From the human T2T-CHM13v2.0 reference genome, Homo sapiens, in NCBI RefSeq assembly GCF_009914755.1, contig NC_060933.1: a stretch of 64,000 nucleotides of DNA. One strand, written 5' to 3'. Below the pieces are notes generated by a model. The model saw nothing but the letters and a program-made list of their open reading frames with translations. It had not been told where the DNA came from and made no database searches. This document shows, piece by piece, positions 53,491 through 64,000 of the stretch. Position 1 is the stretch's first letter; each line of letters starts with the position of its first letter. A program made the position numbers and the translations under genes.

Positions 53491-53904
53491 TGCTATATTT
53501 TGGTTTGTTTGATATTTTCAAGCCTCATGTTGAGATTTCATCCCCAGCGTTGGAGGTGGGGCTTAATGAGAGATATTTGGTCATGGGGGCAGATCCCTCA
53601 TAAGTAGATTAATGTTCTCCGTGGTTGGCGTGAGTGAGTTCTCACTTTATTAGTTTCTGTGAGGGGTGGATTTTAAAAAGAGCCTGACACTTCCCCTCTC
53701 CCTTGCTTCCTCTCTCACCATGTAATCTCTGCACACACTAGTTCCCATTCCCTTCCCACCATGAGTGGAAGCAGCCTGAGGCCCTCACCAGATGCAGATG
53801 ACAGTGCCATGCTTCTTGAACAGCCTGCAGAACTGTGAGCCAAATAAAATTCTTTTCTTTATAAATTGCTCGGCCTCAGGTATTACTTTATAGCAACTAA
53901 GACA
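53491..53904 (+). mobile_element. MSTB-like MaLR LTR
   Basis: tcatgggggcagatccctcat; cagcctgaggccctcaccagatgcagatg; cagcctgcagaactgtgagccaaataaa; near-TSD attga/tttga. Confidence 0.85.
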
Positions 53905-53915
53905 TTTGACATGTA

Positions 53916-54233
53916 CAGTTAGCCTTCTATATCCAAGGTTTCTGCAGAAGGGGGTTCAACCAGTTGTGGATCAAAAATGCTCAGAGAAAAAACAATAAAA
54001 GGTATCAATACAATAAAAATAAAACCCAATACAGTATAATAATTATTAACATAGCATTTACACTGTAATAGGTATTGTAAGTGATCTAGAGGTGATTTAA
54101 AGTATACCAGATGATGTATGTAAGTTATATGCAGATACTATGCTATTTTGTGTAAGGAACTTGAGCATCCACCAATTTTGATATCTGCAAGGGGTCCTGG
54201 AAACAATCCTTCTCAATTACTGAGGGACAACTG
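53916..54233. mobile_element. MER2 (TcMar-Tigger) MITE
   Basis: TA-cagtt...caactg-TA ends; acatagcatttacactgta..gtgatttaaagtatac. Confidence 0.85.
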
Positions 54234-54608
54234 TATATAGTTTGTGCACACACACACACACAGACACATAACACACACACACACACACACACAGAGGGCA
54301 GGGAGGGGGAAAGAGAAAATTTTCTCACACATCTGTATAGGTTGACAAGTCCAAAATCTACGATAGGCTAGCAGGCTGGAGACCTAGGGAGGAGCGAATG
54401 TTACAGCATGAATCCAAAGGCAGTCTTTTGGCAGAAATCCCTCTTTCTGAGGGAGGTCATTCTTTTTTCTTTAAGGCCTTCAACTGCTTGATGAGGCCCA
54501 CCCACATTGAAAGGTAATCTTCTATACTCAAAATCAACTAATTTAAATATTAGTCATTGCTTAAAAAAAAGCATCAGAGAAACATCTAGAATAGTGTTTG
54601 ACCAAATA

Positions 54609-55640
<1,032 letters not shown>

Positions 55641-55915
55641 TATCTGGGTACTGTGGCCTAGCCAAATCAACATGTGAAATTAGCAACTAACCATCAACAA
55701 ATATTTAGGTGTAAAGCTAACAAAATATGTTTAAGATCTAGATAAGAAAAACTACAAAAATCTGACGGGAGATATTACAGAAAATCTCAATAAATGGAGA
55801 GACTCCATATACATGGATAGGAAGATTCAATATTATCAAGGTGACCTTCTAACTTAATCTAGAGATTCAACAGACTCCCAGTCAAAATCCCAACAAATTA
55901 TTTTATTGGATATCA

Positions 55916-56342
<427 letters not shown>

Positions 56343-56966
56343 TCAAGACTTGTCATAAGACTACAGTAATCAAGTGTGAATAGACAAGAATAGACAAATA
56401 GACTAATGGAACAGAGTAGCCCAGAAAGAGTCCCACACAAATACAGTCAACTGATTTTTGACAAAGAAGCAAAGGCAAATTAATGGAGGATAGTCTTTTC
56501 AACAATTGGTACTGGAGCAACTGGGCATCCACATGCAAAAAAAGGATAGACCTTACACCTTCACAAAAATTAACTCAAAATGGACCAGGAAACGAAATGT
56601 GAAAATTCAAGTCTATAAAATGTCTGGAAGATAATATAGGAAAAAATTTAGGTGAACTTCGATTTGACAATGACTTTTTAGACACATTCCAAAAGCACAA
56701 TACATAAATGAAAAAACTGACGTTGAATTTTATCGAAATTGAAAAACTTGCATTCTGTGGAAAACACTGTTAAGAGAATAAGAAGACAGGCCACAGACTG
56801 GGAGAAAATATTTGGGAAAGACATAGTTGATAAAGGACTGATATCCAAAATATACAAAGAATTCTTAAGACTCAAAGTAAGCAAATGAAAAAGTTAATTA
56901 AAAAATTAATTTTTAAAATTAACTTGCAAAAGACCTCAACAGATACCTCACTAAAGAAGACATATA

Positions 56967-57268
56967 GGCCAGGCACAGTGGCTAATGCCTGTAAGCCTAG
57001 CACTTTGGGAGGCCGAGGCAGGTGATCACTTGAGCTCAGGTGTTCAAGACCAGCCTGGCCAAGATGGAGAAACCTGGTCTCTACTAAAAATACAAAAATT
57101 AGCTGACTGTGGTGGCGCATGCTTGTAAGTCCCAGTTACTCAGGAGGCTGAAGTGGGAGGATCACTTGAGCCCGGAAATCAGAGGTTGCAGTGACCTGAG
57201 TTGAGGAGTGTCACTGCACTCCAGCATGGGCAACAGAGCGAGATCCTGTCCAAAAAAAAAAAAAAAAA
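56967..57268 (+). mobile_element. Alu (Jb/old S)
   Basis: TSD aagacatata. Confidence 0.92.
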
Positions 57269-58264
57269 GACATATAGATGGCAACGAGTACATAAAAAGA
57301 TACTCAACATCACATGTCATCAGAGAATTTCAAATTCAAGCAACAATAATAAGCTACACACTTATTTAATAAGCTATGCACTTATTAAAGTAGCTGAAAT
57401 CCAGATCAAATGCTGGTGAGGTTTGGAGCAACAGGAACTCTCTCTCATTGTTCATGTTAGTGTAAAATGACTCAGCCACTTTGGCAGAAAATTTGGCAGT
57501 TTCTTACAAAACAAAACATACTCATACCACACAATCCAGCAATCGTGTTCCTTGGTATTTACCCAAATGAGTTGAAAACTTATTTATACACAAAAACTTG
57601 CACATGAATGTTTATAGATGCTTTATTCATAATTGCCCAAACTGAGAAGCAACCAAGATGTCCTTTAATATGTCCTATTAAAGGTGGTACATCTCGGTCC
57701 TATTAAAGGTGGTACATCCATACAATGGTCTATTATCCAAAAATAAAAAGAAATGAGCTGTCAAGTCAAGAAAAACATGGAGGGAACTGAAATGCATATT
57801 GCTAAGTGAAAAAATTTAATGTGAAGAGGGTACACACTGCATGATTCCCACTGCGTGGTAGTCTGGTAAAAGCAAAACCATGGAGACAGTAAAAATTCTG
57901 GTAGGAAAAGGAGGGAGGGATGAATAAGTGAAGCACAGAGGACTTTTAGGGCAATGAAACTCCTCTGAATGATACTATCATGGTAGATACATGTCATTAT
58001 ACATTTGTCAAAATCCAAACCAAGAATGAAAGTTAATGCCACTATGGACTTTAGTTAATAATAATATATCAATGTCGGTTCATCAATAGCAAAAAACACA
58101 CCACACTAATGCAAGATGTTTATAATAAGAAAAATTATGGGGGGTGGGGATGCTGGGGGTTTAGAGGAACTCTGTACTTTCTGCTGAATTTTTCTTTAAA
58201 CCTAAAACTGCTCTATAAAATAAAGCCTATTAATTTAGCATTTTTTGGGTGTTTTAAGGTCTGC

Positions 58265-58685
58265 TGTCAGTGCTGAGACAATGCCAGTGACCACCTGCAG
58301 ATGGTTCATGCTGGTGGCATCCTTGCATCTTGGAGCTTTCTCCAGCTGCCAGAAAATGCTCAATCTGTGGGCAGGGCAGGCTGAAAATACCATACAGTTA
58401 ACACTCACAGGAGTGTCTCCACCAATAAGAAAAGAAAATCAGGAATCAATATCCCAGTTTCCTCATCCCCGGTTGTCACTCTGCTGAAGTGTTTTCTGCA
58501 CAGTTGCTCAAAGGGTCCCAGTGGGATTGAGCTCTATTACCCACAACAGTAACCCACTCAACAATGAGTCCTTCGATAACTTTCCTGTGTCCCCATCTCG
58601 CTTTCCTATGTCCTCGCTGGGCTTCCTGCCATTACCGCTCAAATTCGTCTCAGGGTTGGCTGTGGGGGAAACCCAAACCAAGACA
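58265..58685 (+). mobile_element. LTR16-like ERV-L LTR
   Basis: agggtcccagtgggattgagctc..cccacaacagtaacc; ends gtctcagggt..gggaaacccaaaccaagaca. Confidence 0.65.
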
Positions 58686-58757
58686 GGACCAGAACCAAGA
58701 AAAAAAGGCTCGCAGCTTCGCCTCAGGCTATCCACAACATTTCCAAATGCCCTTTCA

Positions 58758-59135
<378 letters not shown>

Positions 59136-60509
59136 TGATTTTCACAAGAACCAACCTCAGAAATAAGATAATTTTTTAAATTTTTTTTACTGTTTTCCTA
59201 TTTGAATGATTGATATTGTTGCAGTTTTGTTTTCCACACTTTTCATTGCAGATGCAGAGTGTTTTAATTATACTATGTATTGAAAAGTTTCTCATGGGCT
59301 GGCCTGAGACACAACCAACTTTAACACTGTTTCTATAGGAAAGGGAATTCCAAATGAAAAGGAACAAACTTGGAAACCAAGTTTCAGAATGTGTAAATTG
59401 AGTGCCAAAAAGTTTAGGTGGAAGATACCAAGCAAACTGGCCCACCACTACGTGTGACCATGTCTACCAACTTTATCTTAAGGTTTTGTTTAGTTTTTTT
59501 GTTTGTTTTTGTTTTTTGGTTTTTACTTCTTTTAAATTTATTTTGATTGCTTGATAATAGACACATTTAGAAGCTTCTATCAGTTTCCCTACATCTGCCA
59601 GCGACTGGCATCATTCCATTTTGCTTGGATAATTCAGTAGCATAGCCTCCTGTGGAAATAGCTGCTTCTGGCAAAACTGTTTAGTTTATCATTTAATCAA
59701 AACATTTGCATAGTTCCACTCAGTTAGAACACAAAAATGAGGCTGATCGTTTTTGCATAAAGACAAGTCATAAAGTCATAAAGCAAAGGAATGCTTTAAA
59801 CCATGAAATGAAATTTAATTAAATATTGGAAAGACAAACATTTCACCATGAGCAGACATTCTTAAATAATGGTTAAATAATACACAAAAGAAATTACAGT
59901 TTTACATGAAAAGGGTATTTAGTGGTGACTTTATAAATGTTTCCAAAAAACCATTTATAAACGCTGGGCTGATGTGTCTTGCTGCACCCAAGGCATTGCT
60001 CTCCTACCTTTCAGCACGCAGTTGGCTGTACCTCATATGTATTTGGCCTGGACGTGTTCTCATGTGACAGTAGCAGTGTCCCCTGAAAAACACCTTGCAA
60101 ACATTCATACGCTGCCTAGTCTGTGCGATCAGCAACTCACAGGGTCACCTAAAAACATACTGCCCCTCTCCAGGTTGAGGAGAAAGGCTTGGGGAAAATT
60201 GGAGAATCCAAGTGTCACCCAACACGGCGGGGCTCAGAGGCACTGAAAGTCACTTGAGATGCGGAGGGCACTTGGAAGGCTGACTGGGTCCTGTGGACCA
60301 ACAAGTTTAAGAAAGGATCTATCCTAAGGGAAAAGGCAGTGTTTCTAAAGTCAGCATCCATCCCATCCTTTTCAAGTGGGAAAGAGCTGCATAGGAGGCC
60401 CTTTGGGATTCAGGAAACATCCAGCAAGGAAGCCAAACCGCTTTAGACAAAATCCACAAACTTGAGAATCTGATCAGGACTCTGGGACCTCTATAGTTTT
60501 CTTCTCAGC

Positions 60510-63070
60510 AGCCTCATTAAGATATAATTCAATATTATGTAGTTCATTCAATTAAAGCATACAACTCCATAATTTTTAATATGTTGTCAAGGTTGTGCAA
60601 CCATCATCACAATCTAACCTAATTAGAATATTTTCAGTTTCCACCCTCAAAGACCAGGCACCCATTAGCACTCACTCCTCATAACCCTCCTAACCAGCCC
60701 TGCCCTAATCAACGCCTAAACTACTTTCTGTCTCTGTAAACTTGCTTATCCTGGACATCTCATATATACAGAATCACAAAATATGCAGGCTTGTGTGACT
60801 GGCTTCTTTCACTTAGCATAATGTTTCAAGTTCATCATATCGTAGCATGCGTAAGTATTTCATTTCTTTTCATGCCAATAATGTTCCCTTATAAGAATAT
60901 ACTACATGTTATGTATCCATTTGTCAGTTGATGGAGAATTGGATTGTTTCCACTTTTTCACTGTTATAAATAATGCTGCTGTGAACATTCGTGTCAAGTT
61001 CTTGTATATGTGTATGTTTTTAATTCCCTTGGGTATAAATACCTGAAAGTAGAATTACTGGAACATGTAGTTTAACATTTTGAGTATCTACTAAACTGTT
61101 TTCTACAGCATTCCCATCAGAAACAGAGGAGGATTCCAATTCACCGATCTTGTTAACACTGTTATTGTCTGTCTTTTTTATTGTAGCCATCTAGTGGGTA
61201 AGAAATGGTATCTCATTGTTATTTTGATTTGCGTTTCCCTAAGGACTAAAAATGTTGAGCAACTTTTCATGTGTTTATCAGTCATTTGCATATTTCTTTG
61301 GAGAAATATCTGCTGAAGTCATTTGTACTTTTGAACATTGGGTTGTCTTTTTATTATTGAGTTGTAAGAGTTCTTCATATATTCTGGATACAAGTCCCTT
61401 ATTAGATGTATGGTTTGCAGATGTCTTTTCCCGTTCTGTGGGTTCTATTTTTGCTTTCTCAATAGCATCATTTGCAGTGCAAAAGTTTTTGGTTTTGATA
61501 TAGAGCAATAATCTTTTATTTTCTTTCATTGCTTGTGCTTTTGGTGTCGTATGTAAGATGTCCTTGCTTAATCTAAAGTCATGAAGATTTACTCCTATAT
61601 TTTCTGCCAGGAGTTTTATAGTTTTAACGTTTCCATTTGGGTCTATGATCCATTTTTAGTTAATGTGTGTGTATGATGTAACATAGGGGTCCTTGTCATT
61701 CTTTTGTGTGTGGCCATCCAGTTGTTCCTGTATCTTTTGTTGAAAAGAATATTCTTTCTTTATTGAATTGTCTTGGCACCCTTGTTGAAAAACAGTTGAC
61801 TATAAATCTAAGAGTTTATTACTGGACACTCAATTCTATTCCCTTGACCTATATGTTTATCCTTATGCCGGTACAACACTATCTGTTGTAGTGTATGCAA
61901 CTACAAACACTACCTTTACGGTAAGTTTCACAGTCAAGAACAATGACTCCTCCAACTTTTTTTTTCAAGATTATTTTTACTATTCTAGGTCCTTTGCATT
62001 TCCATATAAATTTTAAGACTAGTTTGTCAATTTCTGGAAAAAGCTACCTGGGATTTTGCTAGGAATTATGTTGACTCTATAGATCAATCTGGAGAGTATT
62101 GCCATTTTAACAGCAACAAATCCAAAACAATGGGATGTCTTTCCATTTATTTAGATTGCCTTTAATTTCTTTTAACAATATTTTATAGTTTTCATTATAC
62201 AAATTTTTGTACTTCTTTTGATAAATTTATATCTAAATATTTTATTCTTTTTGATGCTACTTTAAATGGAACTGTTTTCTTAATTTTATTTTTAGAATCC
62301 TTGTTCATTGCAAAAGAATAAAAATAGAATTGACTTTTGTACATTGATCTTTCATCCTGCAATCTTACTCAACTCATCTCTTATTTCTAATAGTTTTTAG
62401 TAGATTTTATTAGGATTTTGTGTCTATAAAGTCATATCATCTGATAATTTACTTCTTCCTTTTTAATCTGGATTTTTTTCTCTCTACTTGTTTCTTTCTT
62501 TTGTTCTTTTTTCCCCTGACTGCCTCCAGTCCATTGTTACATAGAAGTGGTGAGAGCAGACATCCTTATCTTGTTTCTGATCTTAGAAGGAAAGCATTCC
62601 TTCCTTCACCCTTAAATATGATGTTAGCTGCAGGCTTTTTGTAACATTCCTGTCTAGAACACTGAATAAGTTTGCCCCTATTGCTCACCAGCATTCTTCT
62701 GTTTTCTGAAGCTGGATGTGCTCGTAGCGTGTTAGTAAATGTATAACAACTGGTTCTTCAAAACATTTTTTGTTGCATTTGGGGATTTCTGTGGTGTAAA
62801 TACTCCCACCATGGTTTAATCAAGCTACAAACCTGACATCACTGAATACAGAGTTGGGAAGAGATACTCAGTATCACATCAGTATATAGTATTTCCACTA
62901 CACAGATACAATAAACATATATAATTTTAAGAACATAAATGGACTGGGTTCCCCTCTATTTCTAGTTTGTTGAAAAGTTTTTGTCATGAAAGGGTGTTGG
63001 ATTTCTGTGAAACCCTTTTTATATCTATTAGGCTTTATTCTACCAATATAGTTCATTGTATTAATTGAGC
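60510..63070 (-). mobile_element. L1MB-like 3' end and ORF2 (antisense), split by an insert at 62644-62941
   Basis: ggttgtgcaaccatcatcacaatc; ctggcttctttcacttagcataatgttt; ORF remnant IKTKNFCT..KGLVSRIYEELLQLN. Confidence 0.88.
62644..62941 (-). repeat. Inverted copy of the MER63 end at about 63781-64000, plus ~80 bp of probable flank
   Basis: Reverse complement of 62724-62941 matches 63781-63998 at ~80-85% by eye. Confidence 0.85.
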
Positions 63071-63207
63071 CCTCACAATGGCTTTCTGCTTCTACATTTG
63101 CTACTACATGAGTTGCTTATTTGTAGAAAACCCTGTATAATAGCATATTTTGCTAAGGAATCGAAGAGGGAAGTTAGAGGCTGAACTTTAGTTGAAAAGT
63201 GTGTTCC

Positions 63208-63512
63208 AGCCGGGTGCCGTGGCTCACGCTTGTAATCCTAGCACTTTGGGAAACTGTGGTGGGCGGATCATCTGACGTCAGGAGTTCGAGACCATCCTGG
63301 CCAACATGGTGAAACCCCATCTCTACTAAAAATACAAAAATTAGCCAGGCGTGGTGATACACGTCTGTAGTCCCAGCTACTCGGGAGGCTGAGGCCAAGA
63401 AGAGTGGCTTGAACCTGGGAGATGGAGGTTGCAGTGAGCCAAGATTGTGCCACTGCACTCCAGCCTGGGCAACAGAGTGAGGCTATGCCTCAAAAAATAA
63501 AATAAAATAAAT
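63208..63512 (+). mobile_element. AluS-type SINE
   Basis: Full Alu with (AAAAT)n tail; TSD core tgtgtt. Confidence 0.92.
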
Positions 63513-63659
63513 GTGTTTTGGGGGGAAAGAGAGAAAGCAGAAACAGGAAACTGATGATGTCCACTTCAATGATGAAGGGAAAGTAATTGGAATCTGTACA
63601 GAAAAGAGCCAGAGGGACGGTCAAGTGGGTACATAGACTTTAAGAGGCATTTTTCACAA

Positions 63660-63999
63660 AGTCATCATTGTTATAGTCATTAAAAATAAACTCTGAAATT
63701 ACAATCAACTATTTTATCAATAATGATAATAAGTACTCAAAACTCATCACTGCCTAATTAGTTTGCTACATTTTACTGCTACTTATGCTCTTAAAAATAT
63801 GTATGCTCATTGTATCTGTGTAGTGGAAATACTGTATACTGATGTGATATTTAATATCTCTTCCCAACTCTGTACTCAGTGATGTCAGGTTTGTATCTTG
63901 ATTAAGTTATTGTGGGAGTATTTACATCATAGAAATCAGCAACTGTAACAAAAAAATTTTCTGAAGAGCCAACTGTTACACATTTACTAGTGCACCACC
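63660..63999. mobile_element. MER63 (hAT-Blackjack) element
   Basis: gtactcaaaactcatcact.cctaatta; atctcttcccaactc; gtgggagtatttaca; terminal gagcc..tgtt..acatttac..caccac. Confidence 0.75.
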
Positions 64000-64000
64000 A

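Overview
Primate (human-like) non-coding genomic DNA, mostly built of nested transposable-element relics: about 20 Alus (J, S and Y types, one monomer), old L1M/L1MB/L1MC/L1ME pieces, a ~4 kb L1PB-type LINE-1, an ERV-L (MLT2) provirus remnant, solo LTRs (LTR12-type, MER34/39-type, MLT1, MST, LTR16-type), L2/MIR pieces and DNA transposons (MER5, MER119, MER2, MER44, Tc2/Kanga-type, MER63). I can support no host protein-coding gene or RNA gene; the listed ORFs are Alu, L1, ERV-L or low-complexity products. Repeat family names come from recalled consensus motifs, not a database search. The main observation is a recurring pattern of locally templated insertions: at least five 80-300 bp segments copied from 0.6-3.5 kb away (three direct, two inverted) and pasted into the middle of another repeat with microhomology and no target-site duplication, plus several small patchwork or snap-back scars. 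One copy predicts the sequence just beyond the window end. Also seen: a probable L1 3' transduction, a twin-primed inverted L1, and a dense GATA/RUNX/ETS/MEIS motif cluster at about 33 kb.
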